Origin: an uncultured SAR86 cluster bacterium
GTDB taxonomy: Bacteria; Pseudomonadota; Gammaproteobacteria; Magnimaribacterales; D2472
Direction: 5' to 3'
Length of the DNA stretch: 64,000 bases
NCBI GenBank assembly: GCA_902560315.1
Contig: CACELG010000001.1
Coordinates: 155,681 to 219,680 of the forward strand
The position numbers and the translations under genes are program-made. Numbering within the stretch: position 1 is the stretch's first letter; every line of letters starts with the position of its first letter. The notes beneath the pieces are model-generated. The model saw only the letters and a list, made by a program, of their open reading frames with translations. It did not search any database and had not been told where the DNA came from. Positions 29,238-40,721 of this stretch are shown one piece after another.

Positions 29238-31910
29238 TTAGTGAGCTTCATTCCAATTATTTCCAATAGCAGCTTCTGCAATCAATGGAATATTTAATTC
29301 TACTGTTTGCTCCATAGTATCTTTCATCATTTTCATAACTTTATCAGCATTTTCCTTTGGGCATTCAAAAACTAATTCATCGTGAACCTGCATAATCATT
29401 TTTACTTCTTGCATTTCATTTAATAAAAGCTGATCAATGTCGAGCATAGCCTTCTTGATAATATCTGCTGCTGAACCCTGAAGCGGAGCATTAATGGCAG
29501 CTCTTTCCGCTGCTTGTCTTCTCAAACCATTAGCTGCGTTAATTTCATTTAAATAAAGTCGTCTACCCATAATAGTTTCAACAAACTTATCTTCTTTTGC
29601 CTTAGCTTTTATATTATCCATATAGTCTCTAACACCAGTGTATCTAGCAAAATAAGTATCGAGGTATTCTTGTGCTTCTGCTCTAGGAATGCCAAGCTGC
29701 CTTGTTAAACCAAAAGCTGACATCCCATACATTAGACCAAAGTTAATTGCTTTTGCGCTTCTTCTTTGATCTTGACTTACATCGTCTATTGAAACACCAA
29801 AAACTTCTGCGGCAGTTGACGAGTGAACATCAATATTGTTGTTGAAGGCATGAGTCAGATTTTTATCATTAGATAAATGAGCCATAATTCTTAATTCAAT
29901 TTGAGAATAATCTGCTGATATAAGAGTATTGCCTTTCTCTGGAACAAAAGCCTCTCTAATTCTTCTACCTTCTGCAGTCTTAATTGGAATATTTTGAAGA
30001 TTGGGTTCGGTGGATGAAAGCCTTCCAGTTGAAGTTACAGCCTGCTGGTAAGAGGTATGAATTCTTTCTGTTTTTGGATTCTCTATGTTTATCAGGCTAT
30101 CGGTATAAGTAGATTTTAGTTTTGCTAACGTTCTATATTGCAAAATAATCTTTGGTAGCTCATATTCTTCTGAAAGCCTTTTAAGAGTATCTTCATTTGT
30201 TGAGGGTTGTCCTTTTGGAGTCTTTTTTAGAACAGGAAGTTTTTGTTTCTCATATAAAATTTCTAGTAATTGCTTTGGAGAATCTAGATTAAACTCTTCA
30301 CCAGCAATCTTATATGCTTGAGATGAAAGGTCGTCTATTTTTAAACCAAGTTCTTTCGAATGTTTGGCTAATTTTTTCTTATCTATCTTTGCTCCATTTT
30401 GTTCTACTCTAGATAAAACATGAACAAGTGGATATTCAATGTCATGTAATAGCTTTTCTTGATTTGGCTTTTCTTTGAGCATTGGTGCTAAAACGTTATA
30501 AAGTCTCAAAGTTATATCGGCATCTTCAGCAGCATAATCAGATGCAACATCTAGTTTAACTTCTGAAAAGCTTATTTGTTTTGATGCTGTTCCAGTCACA
30601 TCAGTATATTTAGTAGTTGTATAATTTAAATAATAGTCTGCAAGCCTATCCATTCCATGACGAGTTGCTGTGCTATTTAATACATATGACATAAGCATAG
30701 TGTCAGCAAGAAATTTTGTGATTTTAATTCCATGTCTAGCTAAGATAGGTATATCAAATTTTAAATTTTGTCCTATTGCCTTATCCTGATTTTTTTCTAT
30801 TATTGGTCCTAGGTTATCTACCACATAATCCATACTCAATTGTTTTGGACAATCTTCATAAGAGTGAGCTATTGGGATATAGCATGCCTCGTTCTCAGAA
30901 ATAGAAAGAGATATACCTATTAAGTTGGCTGACACTGTATCTACAGAATCGGTCTCTGTATCAATTGCAAAAGCTTTAGACTTATTAATCTTTGTAATCC
31001 AGTCTCTTAGGCTTTTTTCATCCAGTACTGTTTCATAATTTGAATCCTTCTTTGAATCTTCTTTTTGTTTGCCTTTATTGACTGATTTAAATTCCAAGTT
31101 TGAAAAAATTTTATCTAATTCTTCATCATTAGGATTAAAAACCAAAAGATCTTCAAATTTTTGATTCAAATCAACATCAGTTTTTAACGATACCAATTCA
31201 ATATTCCTATCAATGTCATCAAGTGCATTTCTAAGATTTTCTCCAACAACACCTGTTATTGAATCAGCGTTATCTTTAATACCTTGTATATCACCATATT
31301 CATTTAACCATTTGGCTGCTGTTTTTTGTCCAACTTTTGGAACTCCAGGAATATTATCTGAGGCATCACCTACTAGTGCGAGCATATCTCTTATTTGGTT
31401 AGGCTTTACGCCAAACTTTTCAAGTACGCTCTCTTCATTGAAGATTTTGTGCTTCATAGTGTCCATAATTGTTGTGTGGGGATCTTCAACAAGCTGCATC
31501 AAATCTTTATCCAATGAAGATATAACACATTTATATTTGGCATCTTTTGCCATCCGTGAAATGGTTGCTATGACATCATCAGCTTCAACTCCTTCAATTT
31601 CAATTAAAGGGAATCCTATTGCACGGCATATTGATTTAACAGGAATAAGTTGATCTCTTAATTCATCTGGCATAGGCGGTCTGTTGGCTTTATATTCTGA
31701 ATAAATATCGCTTCTAAAAGTTTTACCTTTTGCATCAAACACAACAATTATTGGAGAGCCTTCGCTATCCTTTTTAAGATTCATTAGCATATTTGTTACT
31801 CCCTTTACTGCGCCTGTAGGTTTGCCAGAGGAAGTGCTCAGGGGTGGCATTGCATGAAATGCCCTATATAAATATGAGGATCCGTCTATTACAAAAATTC
31901 TATCTTTCAT
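29238..31910 (-). CDS. polA: DNA polymerase I
   Basis: DGSSYLYRAFHA, EADD, DTET exonuclease motif, TGRLSS..PNLQNIP, ADYSQIELR, K..NFG..YG, QVHDEL. Confidence 0.98.
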   Translation of the reverse strand: MKDRIFVIDGSSYLYRAFHAMPPLSTSSGKPTGAVKGVTNMLMNLKKDSEGSPIIVVFDAKGKTFRSDIYSEYKANRPPMPDELRDQLIPVKSICRAIGFPLIEIEGVEADDVIATISRMAKDAKYKCVISSLDKDLMQLVEDPHTTIMDTMKHKIFNEESVLEKFGVKPNQIRDMLALVGDASDNIPGVPKVGQKTAAKWLNEYGDIQGIKDNADSITGVVGENLRNALDDIDRNIELVSLKTDVDLNQKFEDLLVFNPNDEELDKIFSNLEFKSVNKGKQKEDSKKDSNYETVLDEKSLRDWITKINKSKAFAIDTETDSVDTVSANLIGISLSISENEACYIPIAHSYEDCPKQLSMDYVVDNLGPIIEKNQDKAIGQNLKFDIPILARHGIKITKFLADTMLMSYVLNSTATRHGMDRLADYYLNYTTTKYTDVTGTASKQISFSEVKLDVASDYAAEDADITLRLYNVLAPMLKEKPNQEKLLHDIEYPLVHVLSRVEQNGAKIDKKKLAKHSKELGLKIDDLSSQAYKIAGEEFNLDSPKQLLEILYEKQKLPVLKKTPKGQPSTNEDTLKRLSEEYELPKIILQYRTLAKLKSTYTDSLINIENPKTERIHTSYQQAVTSTGRLSSTEPNLQNIPIKTAEGRRIREAFVPEKGNTLISADYSQIELRIMAHLSNDKNLTHAFNNNIDVHSSTAAEVFGVSIDDVSQDQRRSAKAINFGLMYGMSAFGLTRQLGIPRAEAQEYLDTYFARYTGVRDYMDNIKAKAKEDKFVETIMGRRLYLNEINAANGLRRQAAERAAINAPLQGSAADIIKKAMLDIDQLLLNEMQEVKMIMQVHDELVFECPKENADKVMKMMKDTMEQTVELNIPLIAEAAIGNNWNEAH

Positions 31911-31973
31911 GTTTGTCTTTTATATAATGTATTATGACTCCTGTTTTTCTATAATGGAAAAAATTAAATAAAA

Positions 31974-32483
31974 ATGTACAAAACAATTTCAATCTTAATA
32001 AAAAAGATATTTCAAGATTATTTTGAATGGGCTATAGCAATTTCAGCTATTTTAATAATCTTGATAGCTGTTGCAATGGATAAGTTTTTATATTTACAGG
32101 CTTGTCCGTTATGCATACTAACTAGATACGTTTTTGGGCTAATTGGTATCTCAGCATTAATCGGACTTTTAATTAAGAAAAAACTTTTTGGTGGAATTTT
32201 GATTATGCTCTCATCAGTAATTGGTTTATTCGTTACCTCAAGGCAGATATATATTCAGAATATGTCGATTGATGAAATTGCTCAACTTTCAGGATGCAGT
32301 ATGCCTTTTAACACTCAAGTAGAATATTTTGGTCTCATTGAAGCAATAAATAGGACTCTTGCAGGTGGACCTAGTTGTGCAGAGGATGGATGGAGATTTG
32401 TGTTTAATTTTGCAGAATGGGGATTTCTATTTTTTGCTATGTATCTAATTAGTAGTATATATAAGTATAGAAAATGGTATTGA
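31974..32483 (+). CDS. dsbB: Disulfide bond formation protein DsbB
   Basis: Four TM segments, ACPLC..R, second periplasmic Cys pair (GCS...SCA). Confidence 0.88.
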   Translation: MYKTISILIKKIFQDYFEWAIAISAILIILIAVAMDKFLYLQACPLCILTRYVFGLIGISALIGLLIKKKLFGGILIMLSSVIGLFVTSRQIYIQNMSIDEIAQLSGCSMPFNTQVEYFGLIEAINRTLAGGPSCAEDGWRFVFNFAEWGFLFFAMYLISSIYKYRKWY

Positions 32484-32491
32484 TTCATTAA

Positions 32492-32512
32492 ATATGTAGC
32501 AAAACTACATAT
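32492..32512. promoter_or_regulatory. Palindromic operator upstream of pckA (HexR-like)
   Basis: ATATGTAG-CAAAA-CTACATAT is a perfect 8-bp inverted repeat; the core TGTA-N7-TACA fits the HexR pattern. Confidence 0.5.
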
Positions 32513-32556
32513 AAAATCTCTTAAAAATACTATATCTAAAGTGTTTTAATAATTTA

Positions 32557-32585
32557 TTGACTTTTGTATACATATATTTTTTAAT
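32557..32585 (+). promoter_or_regulatory. Putative sigma70 promoter of pckA
   Basis: TTGACT-N17-TTTAAT, with a TGTATACA palindrome in the spacer. The AT-rich background lowers specificity. Confidence 0.4.
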
Positions 32586-32699
32586 TCACTACATAATAAC
32601 TCACTTTATTAATAGCAAAGAAAATATTATAGGTACATAATTATTTCCTCTATATATATAATTATTCCCCCCAAGTACCTATAATATTTGTTATTAATC

Positions 32700-34244
32700 A
32701 TGAGTAATCAACCACAAAAATCTATTTGTATGAGCATCGATCAATTAATTGATGCTGCTGTTGCTAATAAAGAAGGCATTATTGCAAGTAATGGTGCATT
32801 TTCTACAACTACTGGAGAGAGGAGTTCAAGAAGCCCTGAAGATAGATTTATTGTAAAAGAAGCTCACACAGAGGATTTAATTGAATGGGGTGAAGTAAAT
32901 AGGCCTTTTGACAGAGAAAAATTCAATAGTTTGTGGGATAAAGTTGAATCTTATTTGGCCAAACAAAGTAGTTATATATCAAATGTTCATGTAGGAGCGC
33001 ATCCAGAATATTATTTACCTGTTCAGGTTACTACCGAAACGGCATGGCATTCATTGTTTGCTAGATTAATTTTTATAAATCCAGATAATTTTAATCCACT
33101 TAATAAAATAAAGTGGGAAATTTTAAGCGCTGCAAACTATGAATGTATTCCTGAAGAAGATGGGACTAATTCAGAAAGTTGTATAGTGATTAACTTTTCT
33201 GAAAGAAAGGTCTTAATTGCAGGCATGAAATATGCAGGCGAGTTAAAAAAATCGATGTTCTCTGTTCAAAATTTTTTATTAACTGACGACGACGTGTTGC
33301 CAATGCACTGCTCAGCAAATATAAATAAAGATAGTAATGTGACTCTGTTTTTTGGTCTATCAGGAACAGGTAAAACAACACTCTCAGCAGATCTTAAATG
33401 TTCACTCATAGGCGATGACGAACATGGTTGGAGTAAAGGAGCTGTTTTTAATTTTGAGGGTGGTTGTTATGCAAAAACTGTTAATTTGTCAAAAGAAAAC
33501 GAGCCAGTAATTTACAACGCTATAAAGCATGGAAGTGTAATTGAGAATGTTTACATAGGTGACAATAATAAACCTGATTATTCTAATATTTCGATTTCAG
33601 AGAACGGAAGATGTTGTTACCCAAGATCACACATCGAGAATGCTGTTAAAGAAAATGCAGCAGGAGAACCAAAGACCATTATATTCTTAACATGTGACCT
33701 TACTGGTGTAATACCTCCAGTCTCAATATTATCCAGAGAAAGTGCAGCCTATCATTTCTTAAGTGGCTATACTGCAAAGCTTGGCTCGACAGAAAGAGGA
33801 GCTGGGGCTCCTATTCAATCTACTTTTTCTACATGTTTCGGCGCTCCTTTTTTCCCAAGGCCAGCAAGCGTATATGCAGATCTTTTAATGAAGCGTGTTG
33901 AAGAATTTGATTCTAAGGTGTTTCTTGTAAATACTGGTTGGACAGGCGGTCCTTATGGAGTCGGATCTAGGTTTGATATTCCAATTACTAGAAGAATAGT
34001 AACTGCAATTCAGGATGGAGAGTTAAATAACGTAGAAACATTAAAAATTCCTGGTTTAAACTTGAGCATACCCAAATCTGTAAATGGAGTGGACTCAAAA
34101 TTATTGAATCCAATTGAAAATTGGGATGATAAAGATAAATATCAAAAAAAGTTAGAAGACTTAGTATCACAATTCCAAGAAAATTTTAAAAAATATGATG
34201 TAAATCAAGAAATAGTGTCAGCCGGTCCAGGATTTGATGGCTAA
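32700..34244 (+). CDS. pckA: Phosphoenolpyruvate carboxykinase (ATP)
   Basis: [52 protein letters not shown]. Start placed at ATG 32700. Confidence 0.97.
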   Translation: MSNQPQKSICMSIDQLIDAAVANKEGIIASNGAFSTTTGERSSRSPEDRFIVKEAHTEDLIEWGEVNRPFDREKFNSLWDKVESYLAKQSSYISNVHVGAHPEYYLPVQVTTETAWHSLFARLIFINPDNFNPLNKIKWEILSAANYECIPEEDGTNSESCIVINFSERKVLIAGMKYAGELKKSMFSVQNFLLTDDDVLPMHCSANINKDSNVTLFFGLSGTGKTTLSADLKCSLIGDDEHGWSKGAVFNFEGGCYAKTVNLSKENEPVIYNAIKHGSVIENVYIGDNNKPDYSNISISENGRCCYPRSHIENAVKENAAGEPKTIIFLTCDLTGVIPPVSILSRESAAYHFLSGYTAKLGSTERGAGAPIQSTFSTCFGAPFFPRPASVYADLLMKRVEEFDSKVFLVNTGWTGGPYGVGSRFDIPITRRIVTAIQDGELNNVETLKIPGLNLSIPKSVNGVDSKLLNPIENWDDKDKYQKKLEDLVSQFQENFKKYDVNQEIVSAGPGFDG

Positions 34245-35742
34245 TGAATTGTTAAAAAACAAACTAAGTAAATTAAAGGACAATGGGTTTTTTAATAATT
34301 TAGTTATAAAAAGAGGTATTGAAAAAGAATTCTTTAGAGTTAGTAATAATGGATATTTATCAAAAAAACCTCATCCTGAGTCTCTTGGTTCTGCCTTAAC
34401 AAATAAGTATATAACGACTGACTTTGCTGAAGCTCAACTAGAGCTTGTTACCCCAGTCTTTGAAGATGTAAATAATCTTTATGATTTTCTATACTCTCTT
34501 CATTTATTTGTTGCTCAAAATATAGACAAAAATGAAGTGTTGTGGCCATTTTCAATGCCTCCTAGAATTAAAAAAGAGTCTGATATACATCTTGGTTATT
34601 ATCATCAAAGTAATATTGGGTTACTTAAACATGTTTATAGAAGAGGTTTAAAAGTAAGATATGGCCCAACAATGCAATGTGTTTCTGGCATGCATTATAA
34701 CTTTTCAATAAAGCCAAGTTCATTGGCTATATTTACTGAATCAAGTGATCAAAAAGATATTGATAACGCATATCTTGGACTAATAAGAAACTTTAAAAGA
34801 TTGTTTTGGTTCGTTTTAACAGAATTTGGACAAACAAATGTTGTTGACAAAACATTTGTAAAAAACAGAGATCATATTCTTAAAGAGTTGAATGATGAAG
34901 ATATGTATCTTAAGAATGCTACATCTCTCAGAATGAGTGAGATAGGCTATCAAAGCAAGGCACAAAAAGATTTAGGTATTAAATATAACTCTCTACCGGA
35001 TTTTCTTAAGAAAATTAAGGATGCAATCACCATACCCTACCCAGAGTTTGAAAAAAAAGGACTTAGAGAGTCTAACGGAGATTTACATCAAATTTCTAAT
35101 GGAATAATTCAAATTGAAAACGAATATTATGATTCCATAAGACCAAAAAGGTCCTCATCTAATAATATGAGGCCCTATGAGCTTCTAAAGAATTTTGGTA
35201 TCGAATATGTGGAAATACGTGGCATTGATATTTCACCATATGATTTAACAGGTATGTCGATTCATCAAATACATTTTTTAGATTTGATTCTTCTTTATTG
35301 TTTAATAAATCCAAGCCCAGAAATATCAAATGATGAAAAGAATGAAATTGATTCAAATGACTTCAAAGCCATCTATGAAGGTAGAGATAAAAGCACTGAA
35401 ATATCTATAAATGGTATAAAAACAGATATTGGAAGTGCTAAAGAAAAAGTTATAAAAGACCTAATGCTTATTGCAGAGTATCTTAAAGAATATGATAAAG
35501 CTCAAGATTCAATAGAACATGTTTTAAAAACAAGAAAGGGAATTATTTCAGATAATGCTTTTCATGATGAAGGTCTAGAAAAAGCAAAAAATAATACTAA
35601 AATTTTAAGATCAGATGATTCAAAAAATATTGATGGTATAAAAAAAGAAGCAGAGTTATCATTAGAAGAACTTAGCAAAATCCAGAAAAATTCTGATGAA
35701 GAAATGGATGAATATGTCAAAAGTTACAATTTAAACTTATAG
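34237..35742 (+). CDS. gshA: Glutamate--cysteine ligase
   Basis: [58 protein letters not shown]. Confidence 0.95.
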   Translation: MANELLKNKLSKLKDNGFFNNLVIKRGIEKEFFRVSNNGYLSKKPHPESLGSALTNKYITTDFAEAQLELVTPVFEDVNNLYDFLYSLHLFVAQNIDKNEVLWPFSMPPRIKKESDIHLGYYHQSNIGLLKHVYRRGLKVRYGPTMQCVSGMHYNFSIKPSSLAIFTESSDQKDIDNAYLGLIRNFKRLFWFVLTEFGQTNVVDKTFVKNRDHILKELNDEDMYLKNATSLRMSEIGYQSKAQKDLGIKYNSLPDFLKKIKDAITIPYPEFEKKGLRESNGDLHQISNGIIQIENEYYDSIRPKRSSSNNMRPYELLKNFGIEYVEIRGIDISPYDLTGMSIHQIHFLDLILLYCLINPSPEISNDEKNEIDSNDFKAIYEGRDKSTEISINGIKTDIGSAKEKVIKDLMLIAEYLKEYDKAQDSIEHVLKTRKGIISDNAFHDEGLEKAKNNTKILRSDDSKNIDGIKKEAELSLEELSKIQKNSDEEMDEYVKSYNLNL

Positions 35743-35752
35743 GGGGGACATT

Positions 35753-36751
35753 ATGAAAGCTTTACAATGTGTTGAACTTGGCATGCCAGATAAATTGCAG
35801 GTTAATGAAATACCTGATCCTGAGGTTCTTCCTGGGCATGTTTTGATTGATAACAAAGCAGCTAGTGTTAACTTTCCTGATGTCTTAATGATTCAAGGCT
35901 TATATCAATTTCAACCGGAACTGCCTTTTTCACCAGGAGGTGAATCTGCTGGAATTGTTTCTTCTCTTGGAGAGGGAGTGAAAAACATCTCTGTTGGAGA
36001 TAGAGTATTTGCAATGACAGGGCTGGGAGCTTTTGCTGAAAAAATAGTTGCCCCGGAACATGCTGTTGTAAAAATTCCTGAAAGCATGGATTTTGAGACT
36101 GCAGCAGCGCTTCCAATGACCTATGGAACATCTTTGTATGCTCTTAAACAAAGAGCTGAATTGAAAGAAGGAGAAACGCTTCTTGTTTTAGGTGCTGCAG
36201 GTGGTGTTGGGCTGGCAACAGTTGAGCTTGGAAAAGCAATGGGTGCAAAAGTTATAGCAGCAGCATCAACTCAAGAAAAAGTAGATTTATGCATACAGCA
36301 TGGTGCTGATGAAGGCTTTATATACCCTACTGGCAAACTTGATAGAGATCAGCAAAAAGAACTCTCTTCAAAGATTAAAGAATTAACTGGGGGAATGGGA
36401 GCAAATGTTGTTTATGACCCTGTTGGAGATGACTATTCTGAACCATGCATTAGGGCAACAGCATGGGATGGAAGATATTTAGTAATTGGCTTTGCAGCAG
36501 GTGAAATCCCAAAAATACCCATTAATCTTGCCCTGTTAAAAGGCATGAAGATTGTCGGCGTGTTTTGGGGTGCTTGGGTTGGCATGTTTCCTGAAGAAAA
36601 TAAAAAAAATTTCCAGGAACTTTTTCAGCTTCACTCTGATGGTAAAATTAATCCAGAGGTTTCTGATTCATTTTCTTTAGATAAAGGCGCTCAAGCAATT
36701 GCTCATTTAAAAGATAGAAAAGCTAAAGGTAAAGTAATCATCAAAATATAA
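35753..36751 (+). CDS. NADPH:quinone oxidoreductase (zeta-crystallin/MDR family)
   Basis: VNFPD...QG.YQ, PG.E.AG, LGAAGGVG, DPVG, GFAAG.IP; no zinc ligands. Confidence 0.9.
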   Translation: MKALQCVELGMPDKLQVNEIPDPEVLPGHVLIDNKAASVNFPDVLMIQGLYQFQPELPFSPGGESAGIVSSLGEGVKNISVGDRVFAMTGLGAFAEKIVAPEHAVVKIPESMDFETAAALPMTYGTSLYALKQRAELKEGETLLVLGAAGGVGLATVELGKAMGAKVIAAASTQEKVDLCIQHGADEGFIYPTGKLDRDQQKELSSKIKELTGGMGANVVYDPVGDDYSEPCIRATAWDGRYLVIGFAAGEIPKIPINLALLKGMKIVGVFWGAWVGMFPEENKKNFQELFQLHSDGKINPEVSDSFSLDKGAQAIAHLKDRKAKGKVIIKI

Positions 36752-36753
36752 AT

Positions 36754-37392
36754 TTAGTCTTGAGTTACTGATTGATAAGTTAATGATAATCTTGAAATAT
36801 CAAATGGCGGTCTAAAAAAACCTGCAAACTCCGCATCAGGGTTTAATAAAATAATATTATTAACATGATTATCTAGGTGAGAATGATCTGTATTGTCATT
36901 GCTTGGCATAACATTATTAACAGATAATTGTGTTGCAAGGCTTAAAAGCATTGGCCTTGTATTAGATATTCCAATAAAAGAAGTATCAAATCCTTTGGCA
37001 TATTTATTTATGTCTTCAGGTGAATCTCTTTCAGGATCTATAGAAACTAAAACCCATTGTTTATTATCTAAAGGAAATTCCTTTTCTTTCAATACTTTTA
37101 TAAGCTTAGAAAGTTGATACATGGTGGTTGGACATTCATCCGGACATCTTGTAAATCCAAAATACATTAGTGTCCATTTTCCCATAAGATTTGATTTATT
37201 AAATTCGCCACCATCAGCAGTAAAAAAACTAAAATCAGAAATCTTTTTGGGAGCTTCAAACAAGAAGAGTCCATTGATTAAGAGCTCATTCGTGCTAAGA
37301 GTTCTTGGGGTTGTTAACTTGTTTATAAAAAGGACTAGAACAGTCAGAATGAAAATTGCAATTATTAATAAATTCTTCTTTATTGTCATCAA
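36754..37392 (-). CDS. SCO1/SenC copper chaperone
   Basis: FGFTRCPDECP (CxxxC), SIDPERD, conserved His (DNH). Confidence 0.93.
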   Translation of the reverse strand: MMTIKKNLLIIAIFILTVLVLFINKLTTPRTLSTNELLINGLFLFEAPKKISDFSFFTADGGEFNKSNLMGKWTLMYFGFTRCPDECPTTMYQLSKLIKVLKEKEFPLDNKQWVLVSIDPERDSPEDINKYAKGFDTSFIGISNTRPMLLSLATQLSVNNVMPSNDNTDHSHLDNHVNNIILLNPDAEFAGFFRPPFDISRLSLTYQSVTQD

Positions 37393-38255
37393 CTAATAAT
37401 TATAAAGTGGTCTAGCAACAAAGCTAAAAAAATTAAGAAAATATAATAAATAGAAAACTGGAAAGTTTTCATAGCATCTTCATCATCATTACTGTAATAA
37501 AGATTTATTGAGTAGTATAAAAATAGTGTGCTTAAGGCCAATGCAGAAAATAAATATATCTCTCCAGACATTAGAACAACATATGGCAAGAGGCTTACTA
37601 TAAAAAGAATAATTGTATATAAGACTATTTGTAATTTAGTAAAAATAACTCCATGGGTTACAGGTAACATAGGGATAGATTCTTTTGCATATTCATCTTT
37701 TCGATAAATTGCTAAGGCCCAAAAATGTGGTGGCGTCCATACAAAAATTATTAAAACTAACAACAAAGCATAAGGCTCGATGGTATTTGATACAGATGCC
37801 CAGCCCAATAAAGGCGGTGCCGCGCCTGCCAATCCACCTATTACTATATTTTGTGGCGTAGCTCTTTTTAAATAAACGGTGTATATAAATGCATACCCTA
37901 TTAAAGATGCTAAAGTGAGAATCATTGTGAGAGTATTAACGTATAGGTATAAAATTAATGCTCCTAGAATTCCTATCACTAGTGCAAAGATTGAGGCATG
38001 CGTGGCTGAAAGCTCTCCTTGTGGTAGAGGTCTTTGATCAGTCCTTGTCATCGAGGCGTCAGTATTCCTATCAATTACTTGATTAATTGCTGCCGCAGAT
38101 GCAGCACAAAATGCTATACCAGATAAAGATACAAAGAGATACCAAAATGAACTTACTGATTCCTCCGCTAATAACATTCCTACAAAAGCACAAATTAGCA
38201 TCATGTAAACAACATTTGGTTTACAAAGCTCATAATAGCTTTTGAGAAGTGTCAT
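37389..38255 (-). CDS. cyoE: Heme O synthase (protoheme IX farnesyltransferase)
   Basis: L.KP, D..M.RT..RP, LKR.TPQNIVIGG, WTPPHFWAL. Start placed at ATG 38255. Confidence 0.95.
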   Translation of the reverse strand: MTLLKSYYELCKPNVVYMMLICAFVGMLLAEESVSSFWYLFVSLSGIAFCAASAAAINQVIDRNTDASMTRTDQRPLPQGELSATHASIFALVIGILGALILYLYVNTLTMILTLASLIGYAFIYTVYLKRATPQNIVIGGLAGAAPPLLGWASVSNTIEPYALLLVLIIFVWTPPHFWALAIYRKDEYAKESIPMLPVTHGVIFTKLQIVLYTIILFIVSLLPYVVLMSGEIYLFSALALSTLFLYYSINLYYSNDDEDAMKTFQFSIYYIFLIFLALLLDHFIIIS

Positions 38256-39226
38256 TTTTTCCAAGCGAGATAATTAACAGTGAATGTTGCTAAAAGTAAG
38301 CAAGCTGCAACTAGATTATGTGCAATAGCAACATATAAAGGCAGAACATACACAACATTAATAATTCCTAGTGTGATCTGAGTTAATAATAATATTCCAA
38401 GAGTTGAAGCAAGAGGGGCTGCTTCTGAAAACCATAGCCTAGACATAAGTGTTAAGAATATAAAAGTTACAAGAAGAGCTGATATTCTATGAGAGTAATG
38501 AATTGCAACTCGAGCAGGATTATCTAATAACCCATATAAGTAATTTGGGCCAACTTCTTGATTTAAATTAAACCCATTTTTAAAATCCATTTCTGGCAAA
38601 TATGAGCCTTGGCATGTTGGAAAGTCAGCACATGCCAGAGAAGCATAATTAGTGCTAGTCCATACACCCAAAAAAATCTGGAATATTAAAACAGCCAAAG
38701 CAATACCTGAAATTACTTTTAAATTAGAGATATTTATTTGGTTAAATATTTCAAAATTACGGGATTTTAAATAGATAAAGTAAAGCAATAATAGAGTCGT
38801 GAAACCACCAAATAAATGAATCGTAACAATTATTGGTAATAACTTTAAACTAACTGTTAAATATCCAAAAGTGCCTTGGAGACAAATAAAAATTAATAAA
38901 AAACAAGACCAGCCTTGAATAGATTTATCATTTGTCTTTCTAAATGATAGGTAAACTAAAAAAATTGCTAGAAGCCCTAGAGCAGCAGCAAAGTATCTAT
39001 GAACAACTTCAGGTATTGCTTTATTTATATCATAAGGAAAGGTTGGATATCTGCTTTCAGCAATAGCAATTTCAGCTTCATTTATTGGGAAAACAACAAA
39101 ACCATAACATCCTGGCCAATCTGGACAACCAAGACCGGCATCTACAAGCCGAGTCCATGCCCCTAATGCAATTACAACAAATGCCATACATATTCCAAAT
39201 AGTGATAAGTTTTTAATTTGGTTCAT
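38252..39226 (-). CDS. ctaA: Heme A synthase (COX15/CtaA)
   Basis: GLGCPDWPGC, E..HR, H...G, CADFPTC, HR, AHN. Confidence 0.94.
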   Translation of the reverse strand: MNQIKNLSLFGICMAFVVIALGAWTRLVDAGLGCPDWPGCYGFVVFPINEAEIAIAESRYPTFPYDINKAIPEVVHRYFAAALGLLAIFLVYLSFRKTNDKSIQGWSCFLLIFICLQGTFGYLTVSLKLLPIIVTIHLFGGFTTLLLLYFIYLKSRNFEIFNQINISNLKVISGIALAVLIFQIFLGVWTSTNYASLACADFPTCQGSYLPEMDFKNGFNLNQEVGPNYLYGLLDNPARVAIHYSHRISALLVTFIFLTLMSRLWFSEAAPLASTLGILLLTQITLGIINVVYVLPLYVAIAHNLVAACLLLATFTVNYLAWKK

Positions 39227-39777
39227 TAAATTAATACCTTTAAGTCTTTTAAAATTAATTTAGGGTCTGTATCAGGTAAAAAATACATAACCGCCCTTCC
39301 ATATGGATCTATCACAAAAATTGGGTTCTCCGCATTAAAATCCAGTAATGAGTTTCTTTGTAAGACATTTAACAACACTCCATTTTTGTCTTCAACAACC
39401 TCAATTCGTGGATACTGCAATTTGATATCCTTTAAATTAGGTTCGAGCAATTTATTTGAATAAAATAAAACTCGTTTTAATTTATTTATGTCTCTGTTTA
39501 AAGCAACGTTTAATTGTCTTGCTAAGTAAATCGATTGTTCGCTAGTTTCGATGTTTGTAACATATACAGACAAAACCCATTTTCCATCTTCAAAACTTAT
39601 TAAATCTTGTTTTCCTTCACCATTTTTAAAGTCATTTAAATCGAAATAACTTTTGAAAAAAACTCCATTGTTTTTTGTTCCCTCTGGTGACATTCCTTTT
39701 AGAAAATAAAGAGTTGAAAATGTAACAACCAGTATTGGCGTAAGTAGTAATACCGCTAAAAAAAATTTATTTCTCAT
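39226..39777 (-). CDS. cox-cluster membrane-anchored thioredoxin-fold hypothetical protein
   Basis: One TM, N.G, GKW, IDP.G...Y, L.KDLK.L; the usual conserved gene between surf1 and ctaA. Start placed at 39777. Confidence 0.7.
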   Translation of the reverse strand: MRNKFFLAVLLLTPILVVTFSTLYFLKGMSPEGTKNNGVFFKSYFDLNDFKNGEGKQDLISFEDGKWVLSVYVTNIETSEQSIYLARQLNVALNRDINKLKRVLFYSNKLLEPNLKDIKLQYPRIEVVEDKNGVLLNVLQRNSLLDFNAENPIFVIDPYGRAVMYFLPDTDPKLILKDLKVLI

Positions 39778-40468
39778 TTCTTTTGAATCCATACCAAATA
39801 TACATAACACATAAAACTATAAACATTAAAAACCATTGTGCAGAATAACCATAATGTTTTATTGGTGTCATATTTGTTGGGTTAATTTTAATATATTCAA
39901 GACTATTTCTGCTTATTGGATCTGCTAATAGAATAAATGGATATATTAGATCACTATATTCTTTTGAAATTACTTCTAAATTTTTGGTTTGTGAAACTTT
40001 TGGCCATACATCTGTAACAAGTTCATCTGAAAGGATGAGACCTAGCTCAGGAGACTCTAAGATTCCACTAACTCTTTCATTTGAATTTATCAGATCAATA
40101 TTTGGAAGGACTTCTATGTTTCTATTTCTTGGTATCCAGCCCCTGTCGATAAGAATAATCTCATTAGTATTTATTAGTTTAAAGGGTGTTAAAACTTTGT
40201 ATCCGGCAATGCCTTTTCTAATAACATTATCGATTAATAATTGATTAGAGCCGTCCCATGATCCTTCAACATAAACTCTGTCCCATTTTTTTGAATCTTT
40301 ACTTATATATTCTGGACTTTTAAGTGAATTTTTTTCAAACTCATCTAATAAGACTGTCTTTGCTTGCCCTCTATCAATCTGCCATAGTCCTAAAGAAAAA
40401 AATAATACGGCAAAAAAAACAAAAAATATTGTGATTTTTATTCCAGGATTAAATTTATTTTTTTTCAT
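39767..40468 (-). CDS. SURF1-family cytochrome oxidase assembly protein
   Basis: LG.WQ..R, GY.VLTP, DRGW, H.GY..QW. Confidence 0.92.
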   Translation of the reverse strand: MKKNKFNPGIKITIFFVFFAVLFFSLGLWQIDRGQAKTVLLDEFEKNSLKSPEYISKDSKKWDRVYVEGSWDGSNQLLIDNVIRKGIAGYKVLTPFKLINTNEIILIDRGWIPRNRNIEVLPNIDLINSNERVSGILESPELGLILSDELVTDVWPKVSQTKNLEVISKEYSDLIYPFILLADPISRNSLEYIKINPTNMTPIKHYGYSAQWFLMFIVLCVMYIWYGFKRNEK

Positions 40469-40502
40469 ATCTATTGAAGTATATATGCTTTAAAATTTTA
40501 AT

Positions 40503-40721
40503 ATGATTACTACTTTAATTTATATAGTTTTACCATTATTGCTTCTTTCTCTTGCTGGCGGTCTTTTCTTTTTGCTTGTTGATAAAGGCGATACTGGAAG
40601 AAAAAGAACGGTTTACTTGCTTGGCCTTAGAGTTTTCTTTGCTGCAGTTTTAATCATATTAATTGCTATAGGGCTTTACACTGGTGAACTTGGAAATAGT
40701 GTTCCCTGGGAAGCTTCGTAA
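40503..40721 (+). CDS. Twin transmembrane helix small protein (DUF2909-like)
   Basis: SL..GLFFL..D.G...R.V..L..RV pattern; opposite strand between coxC and surf1, as conserved. Confidence 0.85.
   Translation: MITTLIYIVLPLLLLSLAGGLFFLLVDKGDTGRKRTVYLLGLRVFFAAVLIILIAIGLYTGELGNSVPWEAS

Noticed and set aside
32502-32545. Tandem NrdR boxes (CTACATATA, CTATATCTA)
   Set aside because: Both lack the conserved downstream G, the spacing is atypical, and no ribonucleotide reductase gene is adjacent.
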